Under the pieces are notes generated by a model. That model made no database searches, was not told the DNA's origin, and saw nothing but the letters and a program-made list of their open reading frames with translations. The position numbers and the translations under genes were made by a program. Below, in pieces: positions 12,470-26,152 of a DNA stretch of 64,000 nt. Position 1 is the stretch's first letter. Each line of letters begins with the position of its first letter. Origin of the DNA: the human T2T-CHM13v2.0 reference genome, Homo sapiens. The stretch is from NCBI RefSeq assembly GCF_009914755.1, contig NC_060935.1; one strand, written 5' to 3'.

Positions 12470-14539
12470 GTAAGCTGGGCCTTAGAGGGAGGGCAGGTGG
12501 GCAGGCAGTGTCCACTTCCCCAAAAGAGGTAGAGCAGGAGCCCTGCTCTACAGGGGTGAGGGAATAAGAGTAACTCTTACACATGCTGCCCCACAGCACC
12601 TTTCCACATCTATCTTTTGGGTCCCAGATCAAGTGCTCTACCCCTCAGCATGCATGAAGATTCAGCAAGATTCAGTGGGAGGTGGTGTGATAGTTCCCAT
12701 TTACAGATGGGAAACCTCAAGTCTTAGAGAAGATAGGTAACTTGCCCAAGGTCACACAGATTTGAATCCCTGTCTACAGGACCCCCAAAGCCTGTGCCTT
12801 TCCCACAATGCCACCCTGCCCACCAACAGACATTTTCCAGCAGGTATGTTACTTTGCCTTAAGGTGGTTTGGTGCCAGGTTTAAGTCCTGAATCTCCTGC
12901 AGACAAGCTCTGTGACCTTACACAGGTTATTTGAGCTCTCTGAGTGTTAGTTTCCTCATTTTGAGTGTGAGGAAAGTGCCTGCTTCACATGGCTTTTTTG
13001 AGGATTGAAGATAAGAAATGAGAGCACCTGGCACAGGGCCTGGTCATGATGGGCCCCCATTACATGGGAATCATCGGGAGGTGCCCTCAGACCCCACTCC
13101 CAGCCCACACCCATCCTCAGCTGAGCACATTCCCCAGGTGCTTCCCGAGGCCTGCTCCCTGCTATCTCTCAGCACAGCCCACATCGGTGCTTTGGTTGCT
13201 TTTTCTGCAGGTCTGGCTAGATACCCTCACTCCTTAGGTTGCCATCCAGGCCAGGGGCAGGACAACACGAATGTCTGAGGGGAGGGAAGAAGCCTCTTGT
13301 TTTTCCCCAGACCCCTGTGCTCTCAGCATAGCAGGTAGCTTCCTCAGCACGTCAAGGCAGATGAACCTGCTCCAGAGCATCACAGAGTGCATTCCAGTGC
13401 CTGTGAGCCAGTCCCTCTGGGCAACCCACTCTTCGGGACTGTATAGGCTGGTAGGGGATCATCAGGACTTACCATGTCAGTGCTGAGCAGCTGTCCTTCA
13501 GGCAGGTGCATGGGGCGCTCTGAGACTGAGACCATGTTTGCAGGGCCAAGGGATAGAACTTCACAGGTGAGAAAATGCAAATTCACAAAGGTTCATCAAC
13601 TACCTGCTACTGTGAAGCTCATTAAATGGCAGAGTTGGGATTTTAGCAGAAACTCAGTGCATTCCCCAGGGAGCCCACATTCCTGGAAGCCCAGAATTAG
13701 TGAACTGGGGCTGAAACAGCCAGTCTTCACCTTTAGGCCCAAGAACGGGCTTTGAGTGGGGGGATCCATGAACCCTTAAAATTAGATGCAAGATTATATA
13801 TGAGTATGTGCACATTTTTCTGGGGAGAAGGGCCATAGCTGTCCTCAAAGTCTTACAGGGACAGGTAGCCTCAAGAAGACAAACACTGGTTGGAAGAACT
13901 GAGCAAACTAAACAGTCTCCCTCAGGACTCAGACCCCTAACATGGCTTGCATTTGGCCACTTACTAGAATCCTAGAGTAGTGAGCACAGTGTGACCCCTT
14001 CTTGTTAAAAAAGGAAGTGGAGGCCTGGCGAGGATGGAGCCTTACTTGGGGTCACATGAGAAGAAAGTACTGGGACCAGGACAAGAACCCAGGGACTCCA
14101 GCCTCCCAGACCCCCTGCCTAGTCTGCTACACCAGCTCTCTTTGTTCCCTGTTGCACCCCAAAGCTACCACTATCCCTGTCTTAATGGGTCTGGGCCTGG
14201 CTGGTAGGGAGCTGAGCAGCTTGTAGAACACCAGCTCACGCAGCATGTGATGGGGACTGGCCCCAGGCTATAGGTTAATAATTGATCAGACCCAACCACA
14301 GCCCAGAAACCGGCCCAGCATCTTCTCAACACCCTCGCCTGGCCTCACCTCGCCTCGCCTCGCATAGGTGGGAACCTGGCCTCGTTGGACAGGCAGATCT
14401 CCTGAGCTACTGCTAATTACTGCCCTCAGCAGCCCCAGCCACTCCTTCCCTCTGCCTCTCAAACCTGCTGGCAGAAGCTCACCTGGCAAGCAAAGACCGT
14501 GGTGGCCCTGTTGGTCTCTCCCTGGACCAGAGATTTTTC

Positions 14540-14975
14540 ACCACTTTGTGCCATGGAACCCTCTGTCATTTTGATGAGGCCTATGCCCTTTCTCAGTGTT
14601 TTAGAGTATTTAATACAAGGTGCATTGGATTTCAAAGGAAACTACTGATAATAAAATATAAATATCTATACATTAAAAAAGCTGATTAGACATGTAGTAA
14701 CAGGTGCCTTTTTATTACAGTAAATAAAAAGATCTAGCAGCACATGTAATAATTACTATAGTTCTTAAGTAGTGATGAGAAGAAATGATTTTTTTTAAGA
14801 TATCTGCAACTGCTACAAAGTTATATGAAAATACCTTTGTTATTTATTTGTGTCATAAGTACTGCTGATAATTCTGTGATTTATTATATTGGTAAGTGAA
14901 GGAAATGCCACATTTCCATAAGAGATAAGTGAAAATTTAGATGTCATTTGTTTCCCCATCCAAGTCCATGGATAT
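14540..14975. mobile_element. Old AT-rich DNA-transposon relic (hAT-Charlie/MER119-like)
   Basis: Abrupt AT-rich island in a GC-rich intron with Charlie-like segments; family uncertain. Confidence 0.4.
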
Positions 14976-16871
14976 TGTGTGTCAGGCTGAGTAAGTTCAA
15001 ACATCATATTTAATTTTCCCAATACCCTGTAAGGAAATTAAGGCTTAGGAATGGGGCTTGGCCAGCAAGTGGCAGGGCCAAGGCTCCAGGTCTGTTTGGT
15101 CTCAGAGTCCATGCTCTTCACCAGGCCACACTGCTGCCTTCCCTGCCATTGAGCATCCACAGGCTGCCCTGCACCACAGGCCTCGTGGCTTCAGAATTTT
15201 GTATCACAAGTGTCTTTGTAGGCCACCATAATGTGCAGGAAGCAGGTGATGTGTGAAAGTGGTCCTGAGCCTTCCATGTGTGGGGCAAAGCAGGGCCTTC
15301 TAAGCTTCTCATGAGCTCAGCAACAGTGGTTTTTACTGCAGCCCCACAACCTAAGAGCATGGAACCAGAGCCTGTTGTTCAGAGGACAAGGATTAGGCTC
15401 TGAGAAAGGAAGGTCATTTGGTGGATTTAGTTCATCCTTTTGCTCTTCCTGTGTTTGGTTTCTGGGGCTGGAGAGATTAATCTGACCTGGTTTCTGCTCC
15501 CAAGGAGCTCGGGCTGAAGGGCTGTCTGTTAGTGGGAGTCCAATGAGGGAGGCAGATGATGAAAGGGATGGTGAGTGGTTTCAGAGAGGGCTGTGGACAC
15601 ATAGGGGAGGGGAGGGAGCCCCCAGCTGAGAAAGGCCAGGCTAGAATTCAGTCTCTGGATACCCCATCAGGCCTCTTCTTCTCCATCCAGGCTGCCTCAG
15701 CAGCAGAGTAAGGACAAGTGGGTAGGGTTACCCCCCTTCCCAGAGAGACCAGCCCTCTAAGCAGTGGGGCCTGGAGCTCAGCCCCCTCTGGTCCTTTTAC
15801 CCCTCAAGAGAGTTAGAGATTTCTGGAAGCTAGGTTTCCAGGATGCTCAGACCATAGCCTAAACCTCATCGTCCCTATCTGGCCCACCTGGAGCATCCAC
15901 CTAGAGGATGCCACTAGAGGAGCCTGGATGCCTGTAGAGTCTGGGGGGCTAGAGTCTTCCCTTTTCAGGCCCAAGAAAGGGAATCAGGCAGACTGCTGAA
16001 CAGTAAGTATGACTTTGTAGGCAGCCTTTAGACATAGCTATTCACCAAGCTACCGTAAGCTTTTCACAGTTTGCTTTTAACAGGCTCTTGTAGGCTGCAC
16101 ATGCTTCCCTAGAAACTTGTCTTCCCTTCTGCGATGTCACACCCCTAAGCTGGTCCTGAAAAATTGGACATCTCGTCACTCTGTATTCACTGTTCCTCCC
16201 AACAAGAGAGTTGTACCCTGTTTTTAGCTACCCTGGGGAGAGGCTGGCTCAGGAGTCTAGAACAGGGCTAGATTGGGGGGCAACAAGGGGCTACCATTTC
16301 CCTCCCTTTAGGCTCATGGAGAGTCTACATCCAGCCTTATCTTCTCCCATGGGAAACCAAAGGAGGCTCAACATGGTGAGAAGAGAGCATGACATCCAGA
16401 GCCAGGCAGCCTACAGCACCTGGGACCACCAGGGAATGGGCACACAGCAAGGGTTGGCCTCCCTTCTTGGGCAGTGGAAAAAGTCCTAGAAGGAGTCCAT
16501 GCTTCTCCCACCAAACATGAGTACCTGCTGCCCTTGCCCTTGTGCTGAATGCCAAGGACCAAAGAAGATGCCTCCCCACCCAGTGTGGGAAATTCACAGG
16601 CAAGAGATGATATGTAGATAGTATGATATTGGGGAACACTTCTTGAAGAGCTGAGGTCTGAGATAGGCCTTAAAGGTTGGGTAAAAAATGGAAAGAGAGA
16701 AGCCCTGCTGAGGGCAGCTAGTGGCGAGCCATGAGATAAAGCAGGCATGGCACAAGCTCTCCTTCCTTTCTGTGCCAGGCTAGATTAGTCTCTCTTATGA
16801 CCTACAGGCCCAGAACATGGTGACCAGTGGAAGCCAGCCCCCAGGCAAGTCTTCCAAGTGTGCTGTTAGGG

Positions 16872-17172
16872 TTTTTTTTTTTTTACTTTTGAGACAGAGA
16901 TTCCCTCTGTTGCCCAGGTTGCAGTGTAGTGGCGCGATCATGGCTCACTGCAGCTTCAAACTCCTGGCTTAAGGAGTCTTCCCATCTCAGCCTCCTGAGT
17001 AGCTGGGACTACAGGCACATGCCACCTTGCCCAGCTAATTTTTTAAATTTTTTTGTAGAGATGGAGTCTCGCTATGTTGCCCAGGCTGGTCTTGAATTTC
17101 TGAGCTCAAGCAGTCCACCACCTCAGCTTCCCAAAGTGCTGGGATTACGGGTGTGAGCCACTGTGCCTGGCT
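16872..17172 (-). mobile_element. Alu (AluJ-like)
   Basis: T-run followed by reverse Alu consensus. Confidence 0.93.
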
Positions 17173-17910
17173 GCTGAAGTTTTTGAAGACAGGGAGGCTG
17201 ATGGGCTCTGCGCTTTGGCCTGGGACTTCCTGGATTGCCGTTATGTTGGAAGGGAGCCAGCCCTCCTCCTGGGCAAGTGTCCCCTCTCCGGTCCCTCTAG
17301 TGATGGTCTGGGACTTTGGTGAATTTCTAAAGCCTAATACAGAGAACGGACTGTAGAGTCAGACCTGTGTTTGAATCCTGGCTCTGCCACTGTCCTGCTG
17401 GGTGACCTTGGGCAAGTTATCTCCCCCTTGAGCCTCAGTGTTCTTATCTCTAAAATGGGGCAAAGTCACCCTGCCTTACACTTGAGACAGTGGCTCAGCC
17501 CCAGTCTTGAGATGCAGAGGCACTGGGTAGGTGTTCCCTCCCCTTATCCACAGTGTCTGGGCTGGGTGCTGGCATGGGGGCGCACACAAGGAGGGGACAG
17601 TAAGAGCAGCTTCACAAGAAGCTGAAGCCTATCTCCTTTGGTGCTCCTGTCCAGATAACATGGAGCCCATGGGCCCCTCGATGCCAGGACAGTCCATCAG
17701 AGTCTGGGAGATGAGGCTCCTCTTGTCCCAGGAATCTGCTCCTACCTGGGCTGAACATTCCTGTAGCTATTTCTCAGGGTTTGTGGGCCCCATGCCCATG
17801 GCCCTGGGTGTGCCTAGCTTAGTGCCACAGTAAACACTCACTCCATCCACCATGGCCCAGAGGGGAGATGAAGCCCAGTAGGACCTGACCTGTGGCCATC
17901 TGCCCCCCAG

Positions 17911-18018
17911 GAGTGGCCTGCAGTGCCATCCTCATGTACATATTCTGCACTGATTGCTGGCTCATCGCTGTGCTCTACTTCACTTGGCTGGTGTTTGACT
18001 GGAACACACCCAAGAAAG
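17911..18018 (+). CDS. DGAT2: DGAT2 exon 3 (108 nt, phase 1-1; transmembrane region)
   Basis: ccccag|GAGTG...AAAG|gtaagt; VACSAILMYIFCTDCWLIAVLYFTWLVFDWNTPKK. Confidence 0.98.
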
Positions 18019-18383
18019 GTAAGTGCAAGGCCTCCCTTGCCCCACCTCTCATTCTAGGGATGCTCTTCCCCCTGCACAAGCTGAAGGGCCTCATCCTGAG
18101 TGCTGTTTCTTTTAACACCCACTTTGTGAAAAGCACTGGACTAGTCCTTTTGGGGGGAGGTTAAAAGCCCCTCAAAGGGCACTGTTCTGGTCCTGACAAG
18201 AGTTCACACTCAGTCGAGGGTTTGCATAACATGAAGGAATGAATGTGGAAAGGGGCCTGATGGGAAGGGGGCATGGTGCATGGGGTGATGGTCACCTGCT
18301 TGGGTTTCACACTGGCCCTGTCTTGTCTGCCTTGCCCAAATGTACCCCCACCCCCACCAACTCTGTATTTTATTCCCTGGAAG

Positions 18384-18454
18384 GTGGCAGGAGGTCACAG
18401 TGGGTCCGAAACTGGGCTGTGTGGCGCTACTTTCGAGACTACTTTCCCATCCAG
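18384..18454 (+). CDS. DGAT2: DGAT2 exon 4 (71 nt; YFP motif)
   Basis: ggaag|GTGGC...CCAG|gtaaag; GRRSQWVRNWAVWRYFRDYFPIQ. Confidence 0.97.
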
Positions 18455-21400
18455 GTAAAGTGCTGTGAGTGTTGTTTTGGGAGGGTGGGAATGGATGGGA
18501 AATCTGAACTCAGGCCTTAACCCACCCACGGGGAAGCAAGTTTAGACCAAGTTGGTCTCTTCATTTCCTTTCTACTGTGTCACTGGCTGTGCTGGGGACC
18601 CCACTGCTCTTCTGAGTATCCATCTTCTTTGGGCCAGCCCTGAGGTCCTGACAGGGAAATGGTGGCTCAGTTTGGCTTTCAGTCTCAGCTCTGTCTGGCC
18701 CCTGCCTGGTCTGCAAGCTGGGCTGGTGAGGCACAGCCATCTGGCCCTGATGCATGTGGGCAATCCTGGTGAATTGAGGATAACTCTGGCAGGATCCTGA
18801 AGGTTTTCCCCACAGGGGAAAGACCTGTCTGGCCAGCTCACTCCACACCCCAGCTCCAGCACACCCTAGCTGCTGAGTACCCTGCAGAAGGTAGGGGTGC
18901 TGAAGAGTGGAGGCAGCACGTGAATGTGAAAGAGTTCTGTGCAGGGTGCAGGGTGGTGTATATTTGCTGTTGTGAGTCAGTGACTGAGATCCTGGTGTGT
19001 TGCCTGGGGGCAGTGGCTGGGTAACCCTGCATCCTTCACTGCATTCGGTATTTTGGGGGTGGCAGGGCCAGCTCCTTCTGCTCATCCTTAGCCTAAGCCC
19101 AGTCTTCCCGGGACCTTCCTGCTCCTCAGGGTCAGCGTTCCTTCTCCTTTTCCTGACCCCATCTCTCTAACTGCAGAAAATTTGAAGCTGTTTTTGTTGG
19201 GAGAAAGTTGCATCATAGGACCCAACCCTCTAATTTTGGAGGTAAAGAAACTGAGCCTCAGAGATGGGCAGGACTTGTCCAGGCTGCATAGTCTAGTATG
19301 ATGGCAACATTGCAACCACCATCCAGGCTTATTGAATTCAGGGCCCAGGTTCTTTTCCACTGATTTCCTACTGCCTGTTTCTCTGGGAGAGATTCAATCC
19401 CTGGATTTCCCCATTGGATTGATTCCAGCTTCCTGGGTCTCCCTCTCCCCCGTTGCTGCTGGAGATCTCAGTTTAAGTTCCTGCCCTGTCACTCCATTTA
19501 TTAACCTGCCACCATTGCTCCCTGTCCAGTGCAGGGCTGTGCTGGGCATGGGGACACAAGTCAGCCCTGCCCTTGGGGTGTCTATTGCATCCTGATAGAC
19601 TTTGTCACTTTCTGCCATGGGGCCATGGGCAGACTTTCTCAAGCCTGCTGAGCCTCATCTGCAAAATGGAGCTGTCTGTATGATGAAAAGTAATCAGTTC
19701 TGATTGGGTGGGAGTGATGATAGACTGTTCTTTCTGCTTTCTCTCTCACCTCAGGGGCCAGGCTCCAGTGTTCTCTGTTGCCACTGTGGCCTGGTCCTCT
19801 GGAAGTCTCCAGGAGGCCAGTAGCCCCATCCACTTAGAACAGGATGACCTGATGATTGTTGGTCAGACCTGGGACAGGCAGGTGTCCTTTGCTATCTGAT
19901 CTCCACCCTTCCAAAAGAACCAAACAAACCCCTGTGTCCTTCTCACATCTCTGTTCCAAGAAGTCAGCTGGGAGTTGGAGCCTTAGGGCACATACAACCT
20001 GGCCCTGTGAGGGCTCCCTGGGGCACTAGGACAAAAGCCAAACTGGGCCCGAGGCAGGCTGGGGTGTTGAGCCTCAACCCGGGGCTTAGGCTGATCAACC
20101 CGGGGCTTAGGCTGAGCCTGCCTCTCTCCCTCTGGGCCTCAATCTCCCCTTCACTTGGCCTTGGTGATCTGACATCAGGTCTGACACTCTATGGGGGTGT
20201 GTGTGACCCTCCTGTCCCACCCCCTTTTCCTGGCCTCTTGCCAGTAATCATGTAATGAAGATCTGCCGCTGTACCCACCCGCCCACCTACTCCCTTCCTG
20301 GTGGGACTCTGGTCTTTGCTGCCAGAACAGCTCATCTGGCCCAGAGTGTATCCCTTCTGTTGGCACAGGTGGGGTTCTTGTGTTAGCAACAGCCACCGAG
20401 ACCACCAGCCACCTGGAAGAGGAGCAGACAGTGCCCCACATCACCTCTCCCCAAAGTGTAGGCAGAATCCTTGGAGAGGAGACTAGGAAACACTCTCTCT
20501 AAGCTTAGAATCACCTGTCCATCTGCCTCATTTCACTGATAGGCTTACTGAGGCACAGAGAGGAGGGACTATCCCAAGGTCACAAAGCTTAAGTAGTAGC
20601 AGGACTAGTGTAGGAACCAGGGCTGTCTGCTTTGGGGCCCATGGTCTTACTCCTGTGTTACTTTCACCATCACCATGCCGTGCTGTGTAAACTTAAGCAA
20701 GCCTTTGCTCTTCTGTGGGTCTGAATTTTTTCCTCTATGCACTGCTGTGGTGGGACAAGCCTATCTGAGCACCTTGCCTCTCCTGGGAGGGAGGGTATAA
20801 AGAGTGACTTGATAGGAATGTGTCCCAGACTGACATTAGCGAGCAGGCCGGGCCTGGGCATCGTGTTGGGCTGGGACTTTGCCACGGGAAACAGGCAGCA
20901 AGAGGACACAAGAGCAGGCATGTCAACAGAACCTTCATTGGCGGTATCCTTCCCCTCCTTCCAGAACGGACATTCTCTCCAGCCCTGGGGGAGGGGAGTG
21001 TGACATGAAAACAGATCAGAGCTGGTCAGATGCCTACATTCTTCTGGGTCCTACAGCAAGGGCATTGACTTGCACTGTGTCCCAAGGCACCTCATTCAAC
21101 CAAATGTCCCATCAGAGCCTTGGGGAGGGAGGAAATGATTTAAAGAGCCACCTGGGGCCCACTGGGTGACACATCTTCATCCAGCAGCCCAGGGAAAAGT
21201 GCAGCGACTGGCCTGCTCCAGATGTGCAGGATAATTTGCTGTGACCTCCACAGGGGAATTGCAGCTCCCTTTTCTAGGCCTCAGCTTCCCCCCGTCATCC
21301 AAGGAATGGCTTAGACCTTTCAGGGCTCTGCCAGCCCATGCAGTGCTGTGGGTTCCTGGTTATCGGCCCAGTGGGAAGGTCGGGGGAGCCATAGGAAGGG

Positions 21401-22622
21401 GACAAAAAGATGCTGCACGGCGTGATGGTCACCTGCCAGGGTAACTATCCCAGGCCTGGCCATCAGCTCAGGAGCAAGTTTCCAAGTTTCCCACCTGGTA
21501 TTGGCTGCCCCAGCTCTTCCCTCAATGCCTGCCTGCCTTTTTCATCAAAACTAGCACAAGGAACTTTTTAATTCCAGCTTCACTGAGAGCTAACTTGGTG
21601 GGCAGACCTGCTTGTTAGGCAAAACATTGGAACAGCAATCTTAACAGAGCTCATGTAAACGAGATTTTGAGATCTGCTCGCTGCCCCGAGCCCCACTAGC
21701 TATGGATTAGACTGCTGCTGTTTCCCATTTATTTGGGGAGTAGCTGAGAGTTGGTTTGGTTTTTGAGCAACTTTAATCTGTTTGCCAAGGGCAAAGCGGG
21801 AGAAAGAGCATCAGTGCCCCAAGCAGTGGGGATGAGAGTGAGGGAGTCTTGCTCACATTTGCACAGACTGGCAGCGTCAGAGCTGGGAGTGGTGCCAGCC
21901 AGCCTTTTCCATCCCCTCTGTCACCTGAAGATTTGCATTTCAATTTTCCAAGGCCAGCCACCAGCACCCTCTCCCCCAGAGCTGCACACAAGTCCTTCAG
22001 CTCTGCCAGGAGGCTCCCAAATCTGGAGTCACAGAAAACCTGGGCTCTTGACATTCTGCTGGTGGCCAGTGACTCTGCTTCCAGCTGGCACCAGTGCAGG
22101 GAAGGGGCACTTTGCAGCACTCAGGTGGGAGTGTCATTGATGTCACCTCTTTTGAGGCAGGGCAGCCAAAAAGACCAACGTGTTCATTCCTTGTTATCCA
22201 GGAATTGTATTTCTAGAAGTTTGTTTCACAAAAGCAATCAGATATGTGGACAAAGATAAGGTATTTATTGAAGCATTACTTCTAAGAGGGAAATTTTGGA
22301 AGCTTTTAAAATGTCCATCAATCAGGGTTTGAGTCAGTGCTGTTACATGCATGAGAGCTGTGCTGTAGAATACAAATGCAGCCACGAGAAGATATGGAAC
22401 TGAGGGATTTTGATAAGGACAGATAGCTGTATGTTTGGTAGAAAATGATATAAAAATGATATCAACCCATATAACCTCAATTTTGTGGGTTTTGAAAAAG
22501 AGCATGTATATTTTTGAGTAGAAAAAGGACTCAATGCGTCAGATGGTTTTATCTGGATGGAAATATTATGGATTTTTTAAATTTTCTTTTTGCTTTCCTA
22601 TATTTTTAAAATTCTCTAGGAG

Positions 22623-22774
22623 TTTCTCTTCTTTTCCCTCTCCCCTCCCCTCCCCTCCCCTCCCCCTCCTCCGTTCCTCTCCCCTCTCCTCCGTTCCTCT
22701 GCCCTCTCCTCCGTTCCTCTCCCCTCTCCTCTCCTCTCCCTTCTCTCCTTTCTTCCTTTCCTTCTTTCCTTTCT

Positions 22775-22778
<4 letters not shown>
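22623..22778. repeat. CT-rich polypyrimidine simple repeat at the tail of an antisense Alu
   Basis: (CCCCT)n plus about 3 copies of cccctctcctccgttcctct. Confidence 0.9.
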
Positions 22779-23059
<281 letters not shown>

Positions 23060-24050
23060 TAATCAGAATAAAAATGATGTTTTTATGAGCAGAATACCCT
23101 TACTCATTGTCTCTCTCAGCCTCTTCCACCCCCATCACATTCCTTGTAACACAGGGTAGGTGTCACAGGCTTTGCCTCTCATGACTCAGGGTTTAGGGAC
23201 ACTGCATCACCCACCCCTTCAAGCACCAGCCCCAGGGCAGGAGGTGGGCCCTGAGGAAGCCAATCATCGTTTAGAGCATCCCAGTGTCCTTAGTACCACA
23301 GGTCAGGTCCTCAGCTGCTGCAGCCTTACAACTAACCTCTACCCCAGGCTGGCTGGCACAGGGCTGTCGCTTGTCCTGTCTTGTCCTTCCTGCCTTAGAA
23401 CCTGAACTGAGCCCAGCTGACTGTGGGAAAGTTTCCATTTGGGCCAGCTGCAGTGTCCCTTTTCCAGGCCAGGGGAGTAGGAGGTGGGCTGCCTGTCTCA
23501 TTCTGTGAGCTGTGGAGGAGCCCACAGAGCACAGGGCCAAGTAAACCCTACCTCCAAGGAGCTCACAGTTTGGAGAGACTGACAGTGGGGGCAGAGCTTG
23601 CAGCCAAGGCCCCGGTTGCCAAACTCAGGAACTTGGACTTTACTCACATGAAGCCAGACACACTCTCCAGTCTAAGAGTGACAAGGGTTGGATTTGAGTT
23701 TTAGAATAATCACTCTGGCTGTTGCGAAAAGGATGGGCCCAGAGGGAGGGAAGGCAGGAGGCTGGCAGAGTGCAAAGAAGAGCTGCTGTGTGCATGGCTG
23801 AAGACTGAGAGGAACAAGGGCAAACATTGCCCACCCCTTCCCAGAGACCCACAGTGCAAATGGTGACTGCCCAACACCAGCACTGTGGCCCTGGGGATGA
23901 GAGTCTGAGGTAAGGTGTGGAGATTCATTGCAGCCCTCAGGCCCATGGAGGTCCAGGGGAAATGACACATCCAATCCCTCCCTACCCTCCGGGTATGCCC
24001 CGGTATCCCTCTCCCAGCCAGTTTCCTCTGACCCAAGGTCATCCTTGCAG

Positions 24051-24255
24051 CTGGTGAAGACACACAACCTGCTGACCACCAGGAACTATATCTTTGGATA
24101 CCACCCCCATGGTATCATGGGCCTGGGTGCCTTCTGCAACTTCAGCACAGAGGCCACAGAAGTGAGCAAGAAGTTCCCAGGCATACGGCCTTACCTGGCT
24201 ACACTGGCAGGCAACTTCCGAATGCCTGTGTTGAGGGAGTACCTGATGTCTGGAG
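24051..24255 (+). CDS. DGAT2: DGAT2 exon 5 (205 nt; HPHG catalytic motif)
   Basis: ttgcag|CTGGTG...GGAG|gtaaga; LVKTHNLLTTRNYIFGYHPHGIMGLGAFCNFSTEATEVSKKFPGIRPYLATLAGNFRMPVLREYLMSG. Confidence 0.99.
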
Positions 24256-24880
24256 GTAAGAATCCACCCCCTGTGCTCCTGCTGGGCACTGTTGTCAAGG
24301 CCTGAGCCTCTCCATCGGGCAGGGTGACACAGGGAGCCAACACACCATTCCTTGGTGCTGGGCCTGCATTGGGAGATGCAACCTGCTTCAGACATGGTGG
24401 GTCAGGGCTGAGGAGGAGAGCTGTCCATATGGTCTTGAGAATTCAACTCGGATAACATCTTCCCTAGGAGGCCTTCTTTGACCCCCTTTTCTGGGGACCC
24501 CCAGCCCTTGTGTTGCCTTTTGTACAACCTGATTGTTGTCCATGGCACTGTAATTGTCCACCTGCCTGAGACCTCCCACCAGACTGATGCATTGGGATCC
24601 CCAACACCTCGCACCGACTTGGCAGAATTAGGGCCCTGGGAATGTTTGCCAAATGCATGAGTTCCCAAAACAACCTTGTATCATTAGCTGCATTTTACAG
24701 ATGAGGAAACTGAGGCTCAGAAAAATGAATAGCTTACACAGAACCAGACAACTCCAAAGGGGCTGGGCTAGGTCTGGGGCCCAGGTCCAGGGTTCTTTAT
24801 GTTTTATACCTGACTGTGTGCCGGGGATGGGGAGTGGATCCATGGGCAACCCTGACTGTTGCGTCCTTCCCTCCCCTCAG

Positions 24881-25055
24881 GTATCTGCCCTGTCAGCCGG
24901 GACACCATAGACTATTTGCTTTCAAAGAATGGGAGTGGCAATGCTATCATCATCGTGGTCGGGGGTGCGGCTGAGTCTCTGAGCTCCATGCCTGGCAAGA
25001 ATGCAGTCACCCTGCGGAACCGCAAGGGCTTTGTGAAACTGGCCCTGCGTCATGG
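24881..25055 (+). CDS. DGAT2: DGAT2 exon 6 (175 nt)
   Basis: cctcag|GTATC...CATGG|gtgagt; ICPVSRDTIDYLLSKNGSGNAIIIVVGGAAESLSSMPGKNAVTLRNRKGFVKLALRH(G), with the GGxxE and RxGFxKxA DAGAT-family motifs. Confidence 0.98.
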
Positions 25056-25949
25056 GTGAGTGCCTCCCTACACACACACACACCCCTCCAGTGCCCCTCA
25101 GCCCAGGGCAGCAGACTCCTTGGCCCCTGAAGACAGGACCCAGACCCCAGGAAGGCATGGAAGGGAGTCAGTCATTCTGTTAGGGAGGGGATGTTGGAGC
25201 CCAGACTGCACAGTGTGGGCCAAGTTTGCCCATGTGTGTCTGGGTGGGCACAGATGCAACCTGTGGCCTGTGGGCCCTTGCAGGTGGGCCGAGAGTCCAG
25301 GCTTATATGCAGGACTGGACCACCTGGGGCCAGAATATATCATTTTGCTGGGAGACCAGGAGGTCAGGAAGGAGGGTGGTGTGGAATGTGGCTGGGGGAC
25401 AGCAGCTGTTTTCTCTGTCCCCTGGGGACCTTACCTCAGGCTTTGGAAGAAGAGGCTGCCCTGCAGGCTCAGCCCTGGGCCAGCCCCTGGGGACACATTC
25501 ATATTGGACCCAGTCCCTGCCTTCAGGGAGCACCAAGGGTGGGGGAGGGTAGAGGGATGGACAGTGACAACACAGTGTGCTGAGACTGTGAAACAATGGT
25601 GAGTCCAGGGCTGAGAGAGGCCTGGTTTGGTGGAGGGACCAAGAGAACTTCCTGGCAGAGGCAGGCCCTGCAGGAAGAGGTGGAAAACAGGCATTCCAGA
25701 GCAGGGCGCTCAGCCTTCCCTTTGCCTGGGGGACCCAGAGCTCTGATATGCTCCCCAGTCCCTAGCAGTGGGGCAGAAGGCCCATCAGAACCTGGTAGAG
25801 AGGGATCATGTGAACTTGGGACACCCAGGTAATTCTGGTACACCCAGCTGGGGGAGGGGGATGCTTGGCCAGTGTCCAGGGCCTCTAGGCTGACATAGAA
25901 ACTGAAGCCAGTAAGTAGGGTATGACAGACCCTGGCCTCTCCCTTCCAG

Positions 25950-26152
25950 AGCTGACCTGGTTCCCATCTACTCCTTTGGAGAGAATGAAGTGTACAAGCA
26001 GGTGATCTTCGAGGAGGGCTCCTGGGGCCGATGGGTCCAGAAGAAGTTCCAGAAATACATTGGTTTCGCCCCATGCATCTTCCATGGTCGAGGCCTCTTC
26101 TCCTCCGACACCTGGGGGCTGGTGCCCTACTCCAAGCCCATCACCACTGTTG
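25950..26152 (+). CDS. DGAT2: DGAT2 exon 7 (203 nt)
   Basis: ttccag|AGCTGAC...GTTG|gtaagc; ADLVPIYSFGENEVYKQVIFEEGSWGRWVQKKFQKYIGFAPCIFHGRGLFSSDTWGLVPYSKPITTV. Confidence 0.98.

Noticed and set aside
15893-15925. ccac(c)tagagga doublet as CTCF sites or a hairpin
   Set aside because: Several mismatches to the CTCF core and only a 6-bp stem.
19207-19216. ATF4/C-EBP composite motif (rc ATGATGCAAC) in DGAT2 intron 4
   Set aside because: A 9-10 bp motif is expected about once by chance in 64 kb; no supporting context.
24878-24886. cag|GTATCT at the exon 6 start (also aag|GTGGCA at exon 4) as recursive splice sites
   Set aside because: The GT comes from split Gly codons, the donor match is weak and the introns are short.
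25060-26074. Long overlapping ORFs (180 aa +, 183 aa -) around DGAT2 intron 6
   Set aside because: Expected by chance in GC-rich sequence; no recognisable domain, and several begin at non-ATG codons.
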